Assembly: GCA_963674735.2 (NCBI GenBank)
Contig: CAXXQS010000002.1
Coordinates: 448,001-512,000 of the forward strand
Source of the DNA: Myxococcota bacterium
GTDB lineage: Bacteria; Myxococcota_A; SURF-8
Length of the DNA: 64,000 nt
Direction: 5' to 3'
Shown here: in pieces, positions 48,234 through 56,663 of the stretch
How positions within the stretch are numbered: the stretch's first letter is position 1
Layout of the letters: every line of letters begins with the position of its first letter
Made by a program: the position numbers and the translations under genes
The notes under the pieces: model-generated
Databases searched by the model: none
What the model was told of the DNA's origin: nothing
What the model saw: only the letters and a program-made list of their open reading frames with translations

Positions 48234-49105
48234 AGCGGGCCTCCAAGGCGCCCGTGGCGTCCTTTCGTCCATTCGCCGTGACGAACGGAAAGCGTCGCAT
48301 CTGCAATTTAACGTGAACACCTCGAAATTTGGCCACATTGCCTGCCTGGGTGGCGATTCGTTCAATACGCCAAATGCGCCGTTTGACGGAGGCATTTTTT
48401 GCTTTTGTTGAAATCATTGGCTTTTTCGTCCGCGCGACGGGGGTCAAAGTAGTATTCCTATCGGTAAACAGAGATTGCCGTAATACGTCACATCAGAGAG
48501 GGACGAACGGGCGGCGGCACGTGCCCCTGACGCCGGGGCTACAGCTGGGAGGTCTGCCGAAACAACTCCCATACCCGTGTTATTTCAAACAGATGGCGCT
48601 ATCGCAGCCCGACTTTCGAAAGCGGGAAAGCCGTCGGAACGGACGGCGGAACCGGTCATAAATTATTTTAACTAGACTATATTAAATATATTATATAAAA
48701 GATATTTTAAAGACAGCCTCTTATCTTGCTGATATCATTGGGGTTTATCATATTTCGCCAAATGGCCTCGACAGGCACCCGCAAACGGCGGGTAAAATCG
48801 CCACTATGTTGTTTAATATCAAGACGTTACAAAGGCAATAGCCCGCGCAACGGCGCGTCACGCCGGAACACGCTTGCGGCCTTTTTTCCCCCACGATCGA
48901 TTTCTAACGATCCTCTAACTTGCACCTGGGTATAAGAGTCTTATCTTGGAGGCGGGGCAGAGCCTGGCGCTCCATAATGTTGACCGGTAACCGCTTTTCT
49001 TGTTATACCGGTTTGGCTTCGTTTTTTGGCTGCAAGCGAAAACGGCGCACCCGGCAGGATTGTCGGGATCATGTAAGCTATCAATCATGAAAGAAGGTCA
49101 TACCG

Positions 49106-50377
49106 ATGCAACGAACGCTCCTTGCGGCGCTTTTAGCGCTGGGAATCATGCTGGGATTGAGTGCGCCCGCCGACGCCGGACTGATCGAACGCCTCAAGCT
49201 GGACGACGTGACCTGGTTGCCCGTCGAGGATGATACACATGCCGCAACTCTCACCCTCGACGAGCGTCTCCAGACACCGCCCGCCACCCCCAAACTGCTC
49301 GACGAACGCTGGGAGCCCATCGTTTTGGTGCGCACGCTTTACGTCACCACCATGCAGGATTCCTACACCGTCACCGACGCCAACGGGCAGACCCTCGCAC
49401 TCGATAGCCGCGCCATGGACCCGGCCAAATTCGGGCATCGCGAAGGCTTCGTGCTCGAAAACGTCGAGCTGGGCATGAAAGGCCGCTTCAACGATCAGGG
49501 CCTTTATTACAAGGTCAAATTCGAGTTGATCCCGCGTGAAAAAGACGGCAACCGCTCCTCCGATTACCTGAAAGACGCCTACTTCGGCTGGAACACCTAC
49601 CGCGTTTTCGACGTGCGCGCCGGGCGCATGAAGATTCCGTTCAGCCAGGCTAACCTGCAGCCGACCGAATACAGCCCGCTGATCTACAAACCGCTGCTCA
49701 ACGTGCTGACCCCGAAACGCCAGCTCGGCCTGATGGTCGGTTTCGCCGATCCCTGGGAAGTCGCCCGGTTGCGCGGCGGCGTGTTCAATTCGGTGTCGCT
49801 GGCCGTCGAGCAGATGAAAGATTCCAAGCAGCTCATGTACGTCGCGCGCCTCGATTTCAGCCTGGGCAACCTGCTCAAAGCCACCAACACGCATTTCATG
49901 GATTTCGAATTCGACCTGGGCGGCAACATCGCCTATACCAAGGAAAACTTCGATCCCACCACCGAGCATCGCTGGACCGGTCTCGACGCAAGTATCCACC
50001 TGTGGATTTTCACCCTCAAGGGCGAGCTGATGTTCAAGGACTTTTACTCGGGTGACGTGGATGAAAACGGCGTCCAGCCTGCGCGGCGCGGTATCGGCTG
50101 GCACGCCGACCTGATCGTGCACGCCTGGCCGGAAGTCATCGACGTCACCGGCCGCATCGAACAGATGGACGGCGAAGACGATTTCGTTCGCGGCGAGTCG
50201 GCCACACTTTCCATCGATGAAATTTCCAAGCAAAAACAACGCTGGATCACGGGCGGACTGACCTTCCACATCTCCGAAATGGCGCGCATCGATTTCAACT
50301 ACATCCATCGCGAAGAATTGGAAGGTTACAAGTTTGCAAACGATGCATTTTTGGGAATGTTCCAGTTTAATCTATGA
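49106..50377 (+). CDS. Outer membrane porin (OprO/OprP-like)
   Basis: Signal peptide; LKDAYF, RAGRMKIPFS; amphipathic beta strands; C-terminal FQFNL. Confidence 0.7.
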   Translation: MQRTLLAALLALGIMLGLSAPADAGLIERLKLDDVTWLPVEDDTHAATLTLDERLQTPPATPKLLDERWEPIVLVRTLYVTTMQDSYTVTDANGQTLALDSRAMDPAKFGHREGFVLENVELGMKGRFNDQGLYYKVKFELIPREKDGNRSSDYLKDAYFGWNTYRVFDVRAGRMKIPFSQANLQPTEYSPLIYKPLLNVLTPKRQLGLMVGFADPWEVARLRGGVFNSVSLAVEQMKDSKQLMYVARLDFSLGNLLKATNTHFMDFEFDLGGNIAYTKENFDPTTEHRWTGLDASIHLWIFTLKGELMFKDFYSGDVDENGVQPARRGIGWHADLIVHAWPEVIDVTGRIEQMDGEDDFVRGESATLSIDEISKQKQRWITGGLTFHISEMARIDFNYIHREELEGYKFANDAFLGMFQFNL

Positions 50378-50476
50378 TCCAGATCATAGAAGCGAACACG
50401 TTACTATTGAAAAATGATGAATCGAACCGTAGTTCCGTACCTCACAAAGGTGGAAGTAGCCGAAAAGAGGAGTAAT

Positions 50477-51892
50477 ATGAAGAAGATAACCAAACAATGG
50501 ATGCCGATCTATAGCCTCGTGGCGCTGTTGGGGCTGCTGGTCGGCGGCTGTGCTTTTTCCGATATGACCGCCGATTCGGAGTTGGACGGCGACAGCGACA
50601 CCGCGGGTCCGAGCACGGACGGCGACCTCGATTTCGAAGTGGAAGTCAGTGAGATTATTGAAGTCACACCTCCTCAGCAGTGGCTGATGGACGAGAACCA
50701 CACGCCCGAATACGTGCATATGACCTGGCAGCACGAGCCTTCCACCACCATTACCCTGCAATGGCAAACCGATGTCAACGATATCGAAACCTATACCCCG
50801 AAGGTTTGGTTCGTTCCGGCCGACGAAGTCGAGGGAAGCGGTGGAGACGTAAAAATGCCCTACGCCGATCAATTCGTGGCCGAGGGGGCGGGTTTCAACT
50901 ACGAAGCGTTTTTCAACAGCGAAAAACAAATATTCGCCCAGTGGGAAGTCGAGCTTCTGGGCCTCGAACCGAACACGCTCTACTACTACCGCGTGGGCAC
51001 CTGGAACGGCTTCGATAAAGACAGCGGTTCGTTCGACCGTCCCAACCTGGGACCGGCGCACACCTTCAAAACCGCCCCCGAAAAGGGATCGCGTGAGCCC
51101 TTCAGCGTCATGCTGGCGGGTGATTCGCGCGGCGGCTACGACGGCATCTCGGCCAATATCGAGCGTCTCAAAGCTTATGATGCCGATTTCTGGCTGTTCA
51201 ACGGCGACATGACCGACGCGGGCGGACAAGGGGAGTGGTTCACCTGGTACACCGCCATGTCGCCGATTTTGCTCGACACCGTGCTGATGCCGGTGCAGGG
51301 CAACCACGAAATCGTGGCCGAGCTCTATTATTGGCAGTTCGCCTTGCCGCAGGAACCGGAACTGCCCGAGGATCGCAAAGAACACGCCTGGTCGGTGGAT
51401 TACGGCAACATCCACTTCATCGGTCTCAACTCCAATACCACGAGCCTAGTGGAAGAGCAGACGGACTGGCTCGAAGCCGATCTCAAAGCCGCCAGCCAGG
51501 ATGAGAAGATCGACTGGATCGTCGCCATGTTCCATCATCCGGCTTATTCGGCCTGCAAACACGGCAGCACCGAGCGTGTCCTGGCCAACTGGACGCCGCT
51601 GTTTGAAAAATACAACGTCGTTCTGGCCTTCTCGGGACATGACCACAATTACGAGCGCACCCATCCCATTCGCGGCGACCAGGTCGTGGATGCGAGCCAG
51701 GGCATCACCTACGTCACCGCCGGTGGGTTCTACTCGGACGGCTACTCCAACGGCCAGGACTGGTGGACGGTCAAGAGCTTCCATGGCGACATAGGCAACA
51801 TGGTGCATCTGGAAGCCAATGGTCTGGAGTTGAACGCCACCGCTTACGACGGCGACGGCAACGTACTCGACACCTTCAGCCTGAGCAAGTAA
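50477..51892 (+). CDS. Purple acid phosphatase-family lipoprotein (FN3 + metallophosphoesterase)
   Basis: Lipobox VGGC; LEPNTLYYYRVG; GDSR, GD, GNHE, HHP, GHDHNYER. Confidence 0.88.
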   Translation: MKKITKQWMPIYSLVALLGLLVGGCAFSDMTADSELDGDSDTAGPSTDGDLDFEVEVSEIIEVTPPQQWLMDENHTPEYVHMTWQHEPSTTITLQWQTDVNDIETYTPKVWFVPADEVEGSGGDVKMPYADQFVAEGAGFNYEAFFNSEKQIFAQWEVELLGLEPNTLYYYRVGTWNGFDKDSGSFDRPNLGPAHTFKTAPEKGSREPFSVMLAGDSRGGYDGISANIERLKAYDADFWLFNGDMTDAGGQGEWFTWYTAMSPILLDTVLMPVQGNHEIVAELYYWQFALPQEPELPEDRKEHAWSVDYGNIHFIGLNSNTTSLVEEQTDWLEADLKAASQDEKIDWIVAMFHHPAYSACKHGSTERVLANWTPLFEKYNVVLAFSGHDHNYERTHPIRGDQVVDASQGITYVTAGGFYSDGYSNGQDWWTVKSFHGDIGNMVHLEANGLELNATAYDGDGNVLDTFSLSK

Positions 51893-51919
51893 GCCGATTA
51901 TTCTTTCGCGAGCGTATCG

Positions 51920-51943
51920 CCCCGGCTTCGGCCGGGGTTTTTT
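51920..51943 (+). terminator. Rho-independent terminator
   Basis: CCCCGGC-TTCG-GCCGGGG followed by TTTTTT. Confidence 0.88.
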
Positions 51944-51973
51944 ATTTGGGTGATCGCCCTTTTGAGTTTGGAT

Positions 51974-51995
51974 CCCATCGGAGATGCGCTCCAAC
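51974..51995 (+). repeat. Dispersed short repeat CCCATCGGAGATGCGCTCCAAC
   Basis: Related copies at 52330-52344, 57871-57892 and inverted at 12888-12906 and 14900-14916. Confidence 0.75.
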
Positions 51996-52135
51996 TTGGG
52001 GAGACCTGAACCAACCTAGAGGGCGACTTTTCCGTTAGAGCAGGGCTCCCGTCCTGCTCTGTTTGTTTGTCTTCAAACAAGGCTTCGCCTTGTTTCCGGC
52101 GGGGCTGGTTGCGGTGAAAAAGAGTAAGACAAATC

Positions 52136-52168
52136 TGCGGAGCATGACAGAGCCATGCTCCTGCTCAA
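52136..52168 (+). repeat. 33-bp hairpin-containing direct repeat, copy 1
   Basis: TGCGGAGCATGACAGAGCCATGCTCCTGCTCAA, identical to 53324-53356. Confidence 0.92.
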
Positions 52169-52248
52169 AGGGATTTGGGATGACTCCACAAGTATAACCG
52201 ATTGGATGGACGCCCTTTCTTATTACCCGAGTCGGCTACGTAAGGTGC

Positions 52249-52305
52249 CGTATCGAGGGACCCTTCGATACGATTCCGCTTCGCAAAATCATTCAAGGTG
52301 AGCGG
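52249..52305. repeat. REP-like palindromic element
   Basis: CGTATCGAGGG-A-CCCTTCGATACG palindrome followed by ..TCAAGGTGAGCGG. Confidence 0.5.
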
Positions 52306-52444
52306 CATTTGGCGCAATCATAATCAGGAGGAGATGCGCTCCAATTTGTGGTTTGAAAGAAATAGGATACACTACACGTCATGGAATGGATGAACCCCGC
52401 AGCCCGACACGGCCGCGACCCGCAGACCGATTCGAGAGACACCC

Positions 52445-53227
52445 ATGAACGCGTTAACCTACAAACCCTGCCCGCCCCACGACCCGATGTTGCAACGTTT
52501 CCTCGCCCGCGACCCGCTTCGCCATCTCTATCTGTTGGGTGACACACAGCCCCCTTTCAGCCGCTACAGCCGCTTCTGGTTGGCCACCGACGGTGACGAC
52601 GCACGGGCTTGTGTTCTGTGTTTTCAAGACGGAGCGCGAGCGGCGTTGTTGGCGGCAGGCGATCCGCAAGCCACCACGGAGCTGTTCGCCCGCATCGAAA
52701 CGCCCCGGCAAGTGGTCTACCTGCTTGAAGAAACACACCTGGACACGCTCTTGCCAAGCTTCAACGTCGAGCGCGCCATGCCATTCAAACGTATGGGATA
52801 CGACGGGTCATCTCCCCGCCACGCCTCTGGAATTTCCTGGCGGCGTCTCACCCACGCGGATGTGGACCTCGCCGAGAAGCTGGCCCGCGATGTATCCGAG
52901 GTCGCGTTTACGCGGCGACAATTTCTGAACAACCCCTTTGTGGGCGCCTTCGACGAACAAAACCGGGTGATCGCCATGGCGGGGACGCACGTCTGTTCGC
53001 AACGGCTGGGGATTGCCGCCATCGGCAGTGTCGGCGTCCATCCACACCATCGACGGCAAGGGCTCGGACAAACGGTGATGCAGGCCATTGTTTCCGAATT
53101 GCATCCGCGCTTTGCCGTAATCGGCCTCAATGTCGCCGCCGACAACCGGGCGGCGCGCCGCCTGTACCGACGCCTCGGCTTTCACGACGCCTTTTCGTTT
53201 CTGGTCGGAACGGCCACGCAACGCTAG
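52445..53227 (+). CDS. GNAT-family acetyltransferase (FR47-like)
   Basis: IGSVGVHPHHRRQGLG, LNVAADNRAARRLYRRLGF. Confidence 0.88.
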   Translation: MNALTYKPCPPHDPMLQRFLARDPLRHLYLLGDTQPPFSRYSRFWLATDGDDARACVLCFQDGARAALLAAGDPQATTELFARIETPRQVVYLLEETHLDTLLPSFNVERAMPFKRMGYDGSSPRHASGISWRRLTHADVDLAEKLARDVSEVAFTRRQFLNNPFVGAFDEQNRVIAMAGTHVCSQRLGIAAIGSVGVHPHHRRQGLGQTVMQAIVSELHPRFAVIGLNVAADNRAARRLYRRLGFHDAFSFLVGTATQR

Positions 53228-53323
53228 GCAATACCGATACTTGCGTTGCGTTGATGACCGTTTCCCTGCGGCAATGGGTGCTGGAGCCCGTCACAGACGC
53301 GCTCCAGCATGGGGGGACAAACA

Positions 53324-53356
53324 TGCGGAGCATGACAGAGCCATGCTCCTGCTCAA
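53324..53356 (+). repeat. 33-bp direct repeat, copy 2
   Basis: Identical to 52136-52168. Confidence 0.92.
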
Positions 53357-53429
53357 GTTTGCCAAACGGCTATTCGGGATGAGCGGGTTATGTTTCGTTT
53401 AATTAGGAGAGGTTACGCTATGCCCCAAG

Positions 53430-53454
53430 CGATGGGCAACAAGTTGCCCATCCT
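53430..53454 (-). repeat. GTAG-type REP palindrome interrupted by IS110
   Basis: Joining the flanks gives CGATGGGCAACAAGTTGCCCATCCTAC (reverse complement GTAGGATGGGCAAC...TTGCCCATCG). Confidence 0.75.
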
Positions 53455-53468
53455 TGTATTATCCCTTT

Positions 53469-53675
53469 CAAGCGACTGTCATCGTTTGTGATGATAAGAT
53501 GAAACGACCTCCCGTAGCAAGCGGGAGGCCGTGGTGGGCGGCGAGATCGTCCCATCCTGGGGCCTGATGAGCCCGTTTTGTAGCCGGATCCGCCGTCCGT
53601 TTCGTCCGGGAAAACCCGAACAGTCGCAGGGGCCATTGTAATCGAAATGAGCCCGTATTGGCAAGGAAGGGTGCG
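53469..53675 (+). ncRNA. Predicted IS110 bridge RNA
   Basis: 5' hairpin plus two internal loops: target guides CCCATCCT (53551-58) and GTAG (53580-83); donor guides ACAGTCGC (53620-27) and CAAG (53662-65); ends approximate. Confidence 0.8.
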
Positions 53676-53677
53676 CC

Positions 53678-54613
53678 ATGAAGAAATGGATCGGGATCGA
53701 CGTCAGCAAAGCCGTTTTCGATGTCGCCGTCGACGGCGAAAGCACGTGCGTCCGCTACGCTTACACCAAAGCCGGCATGACACGCTTCGTCCGTTCGTTG
53801 AAGCGGATCGAGGTGGAGGGCGTCGTGATGGAAGCCACCGGCGGCTACGAACGGGAGCTGTGCAAACGTCTTCAGAAAGCGGGTTGGCCGGTGGCGGTGG
53901 TCAATCCCCGGCGCATCCGGGATTATGCCCGCGCCGTCGGCGTGATGGCGAAAACGGATCGACTCGATGCGGGCATCATCGCACGCTACGCAGCCGCCAT
54001 GCGTCCCGCACCGAACGAAACGCTCGGCGAAACCGCCCTCCTGTTAAAAGCCCTGTCTTCACGGAGGCGGCAGCTGGTCGCCATGCGCACGATGGAGAAA
54101 AACCGCACCGAACACGTGGGCGATCGGACGATCGGACAAAGCCTGCACCGCATTCTGGAGGTGATCGAACGGGAAATCGAGCGGCTGGATCGGGCCATCG
54201 CGGCGGCCATTGCATCGGATCGGGAGCGCAGCGACCGGGCCGCGCGGCTCCAAACGATGCCGGGCGTCGGCGCGTGCACGGCGAATCTTCTGGTGACGGA
54301 TCTGCCGGAGCTGGGGATCTACAACCGGCGGCAGATCGCGGCGTTGATCGGCGTGGCGCCCATGAATCGGGACAGCGGAACGTTTCGGGGTAAACGCATG
54401 ACCGGCGGCGGTCGTCATCGCCTGCGCACGGCGCTCTACATGCCGACGCTGGTGGCGATTCAACACAACCCGGTGATTCGCGGACACTACCAGCGGCTGG
54501 TCGGACGCGGCAAACCGAAGATGACGGCGGTGGTGGCCTGCATGCGAAAATTGGTCCTCATTCTCAACACGATGATGCGGAAAAACGAAGCCTGGAACCC
54601 GAATTTCGCTTGA
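53678..54613 (+). CDS. IS110 recombinase/transposase
   Basis: DEDD RuvC-like residues (GIDVSK, MEATG, KTDRLDA); PGVG; catalytic-Ser motif RDSG; ORF intact. Confidence 0.97.
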   Translation: MKKWIGIDVSKAVFDVAVDGESTCVRYAYTKAGMTRFVRSLKRIEVEGVVMEATGGYERELCKRLQKAGWPVAVVNPRRIRDYARAVGVMAKTDRLDAGIIARYAAAMRPAPNETLGETALLLKALSSRRRQLVAMRTMEKNRTEHVGDRTIGQSLHRILEVIEREIERLDRAIAAAIASDRERSDRAARLQTMPGVGACTANLLVTDLPELGIYNRRQIAALIGVAPMNRDSGTFRGKRMTGGGRHRLRTALYMPTLVAIQHNPVIRGHYQRLVGRGKPKMTAVVACMRKLVLILNTMMRKNEAWNPNFA

Positions 54614-54658
54614 CACCGATAACAGTCGCTACTTTTCTACCTTCTAGGGGTTTTGAAT

Positions 54659-54756
54659 GGGTGGCATAGTTTCACAAACGACGTTCGAGAGGCTGTGTCT
54701 TCTTTATTTCGCACAGCTTCCCACGATCCGTCGGATCGCGTGAAACTATGGCACCC
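54659..54756. repeat. REPIN-like inverted pair
   Basis: GGGTGGCATAGTTTCAC ... GTGAAACTATGGCACCC (16/17 complementary); same GGGTG(G/C)CA head as the REPs inside the MITE. Confidence 0.7.
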
Positions 54757-54834
54757 CCTTGATTCGCTAACCTTTTCCTTGATCAAGCAAGATTGTATCC
54801 GGCTCGATCTCGACCACCCCGTCTTCGCTTCGCG

Positions 54835-54887
54835 TGTGCAAGCGGTACATAGGTTACATTTCAGACCGGGGACATGGGCAACACCTT
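54835..54887 (-). mobile_element. IS481-family right-end remnant
   Basis: Minus strand AAGGTGTTGCCCATGTCCCCGGTCTGAAATGTAACCTATGTACCGCTTGCACA: KVLPMSPV-stop, doubled TGTxxCCxATGT motif, terminal ACA. Confidence 0.65.
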
Positions 54888-54933
54888 GCCCCTCCACCTT
54901 TTTCTGGCCAAGCATTGTCGCGACCTGCGGCTG

Positions 54934-55833
54934 CTACACCTCGACACCGAAGCGTTCGGCCAGGGTCAGAGCGGCCTGCATGCCGTCGCCCATGGCAATG
55001 GAGCCTTGACGATAGCGTCCCCGGCATTGGTCGCCGACCACGAAGAGGTTGGGACAGACGGTTTCCCCGCCGAAACCGTCACGCGCAAGTGGCACGCGGC
55101 CGTTATCGTCTACGACAACCGGCGGCTGGGGCACGCGCCCGATGTGAGGCACGATGAAACGATACGGGCCGGGATCGGGCAGGTCGTCGCGCCACACCCC
55201 GGCCTCGTCCACGCGCCAGACAGGGCGGCGGGAGATATGCTCGGCGATGTCCAGCCCACGCACGCGTTCCACGATGCGCGGCAAGGCGCGCAAGCGCTCA
55301 CGGCGACGCGCCAACGTAACCGACGCGCCCGCCAGACGCCAACGGGCCGCCTGATCGTAGGCCACATCCCCGGCACCGACCACCAGCACCTTGCCCGTCG
55401 GATCGGGCGGCAACTCGGGATCGGTCCACAGATAGGGCCGGACTGCCTCGGGGACATCCAGCTCTTTGGCTTGCAGCCCGCAGGCCAACACCACCGCCTC
55501 GGCATCGAAACGGCCCGGCTCACCGTGCAGGGCGAAGGGCTCCCCCGCCGCGCCCGCCACGATGCGATGGACCCGCACGCGCACCGGCACCAGGTTGAAG
55601 TCGCCCAGGTGCGCGGCCAACCGTTCGGCGATCACGCGCCCGGCCGTCCCGTTGGGAAAAGCGGGCCAGTTTTCGACCCGCCAGGCCATGCGGATGATAC
55701 CGCCCGGTTCGCCGGGCTCCAAAAGCAGCACCTGAATCCCCATGCGCACCAGTTGGACGGCGCAGGTGATGCCCGCCGGGCCCGCCCCCACGACCGCCAC
55801 TTGTGAAACAGGTTGACTCGCGCCGTGGGTCAT
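54934..55833 (-). CDS. FAD/NAD(P)-dependent oxidoreductase (thioredoxin reductase-like, no CxxC)
   Basis: VVGAGPAG, VENWPAFP, VVGAGDVA, LFVVGD; start MTHGAS overlaps the upstream stop. Confidence 0.8.
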   Translation of the reverse strand: MTHGASQPVSQVAVVGAGPAGITCAVQLVRMGIQVLLLEPGEPGGIIRMAWRVENWPAFPNGTAGRVIAERLAAHLGDFNLVPVRVRVHRIVAGAAGEPFALHGEPGRFDAEAVVLACGLQAKELDVPEAVRPYLWTDPELPPDPTGKVLVVGAGDVAYDQAARWRLAGASVTLARRRERLRALPRIVERVRGLDIAEHISRRPVWRVDEAGVWRDDLPDPGPYRFIVPHIGRVPQPPVVVDDNGRVPLARDGFGGETVCPNLFVVGDQCRGRYRQGSIAMGDGMQAALTLAERFGVEV

Positions 55834-56519
55834 GGCCAAAGCTCCTCCAGGGTTGTCGCGCCACCCACCCCATCGGCCATGGCGGCCAGCAATCGCACAT
55901 GCTGGGTTTCGGTCCAGGCGGCGCAGGCATCCGCCAGCACGACCGGGAAAAATCCCAGACACAAGGCGTGGCGCGCGGTGGTTTCCACGCATAGATGGCT
56001 GGTCACCCCGGCCAGCAGCAGCACGCGCACGGCGCGTTCGCGCAGCCACTCGCACAAATCCGTCCCCTCAAAGGCGGAGTAGGTGTCTTTGGTAAAAACG
56101 GGCGCAGCGAGTGGAGTCAACACGGATTCGAGCGCGGGATGCAGAGCGGCCAGAGGGTCGCTTTCCAAAAGACGCTTGTGCCAGATCGACAGAAAAGGAA
56201 AGGGATCGCTATCGGCGCGGTGGGCGTGTCGGGTGGCGGCGACGGAAATACCCGCCCGTGCGGCACGATGAACCGCCTCGCCCAGTCGCGGCGTCACGGC
56301 TTGCGCCACAGGTAGCGCCGCAGGCGAAAGCGGATCGAGAAAAAAGCGTTGAGCATCGATCACCAGCAAAGCCTGCGGTCCCTCCGGGATGGCGGGAAAC
56401 GCACGACCGCTCGCTCGACACACGGCCTCTAATTGGGTGTGGGCGACGGCGCTGATGTCGCGGTCCTTGAGATAGTCTTCGCGTTTGGGCGACATGGGCA
56501 TACCTGCTCGATTCGACAT
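55830..56519 (-). CDS. Isochorismatase-family cysteine hydrolase
   Basis: ALLVIDAQ, KDTYSAFEGTDL, GVTSHLCVETTAR; start uncertain (56495-56519). Confidence 0.88.
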   Translation of the reverse strand: MSNRAGMPMSPKREDYLKDRDISAVAHTQLEAVCRASGRAFPAIPEGPQALLVIDAQRFFLDPLSPAALPVAQAVTPRLGEAVHRAARAGISVAATRHAHRADSDPFPFLSIWHKRLLESDPLAALHPALESVLTPLAAPVFTKDTYSAFEGTDLCEWLRERAVRVLLLAGVTSHLCVETTARHALCLGFFPVVLADACAAWTETQHVRLLAAMADGVGGATTLEELWP

Positions 56520-56663
56520 GCCCCACTTTAGCACGAACCGTCGCCGGTGCAAGCCACAATCAGCTTTCGCCGCCACCACACGCTGCATCCGTTCCGGCTC
56601 GACAGCTTGGGCCGGGTATGCTAGCATTCGCTTGTTTGGATCACGGCTGCGGAGGGAAACGAC

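Larger units (their letters stand above)
53453..54630 (+). mobile_element. IS110-family (IS621-like) insertion sequence, complete
   Basis: CT core at both ends (53453-54, 54629-30); circle junction ACAGTCG-CT-TGTAT; subterminal IRs AGCGACTGTCATCG / CGATAACAGTCGCT. Confidence 0.9.

Noticed and set aside
48600-48660. c-di-GMP-I riboswitch-like fragment (TCGAAAG..GGG..AAAGCC)
   Set aside because: Lacks the GGCAAA and GACGC core elements and is about 450 bp from the next start codon; would need a cmscan hit
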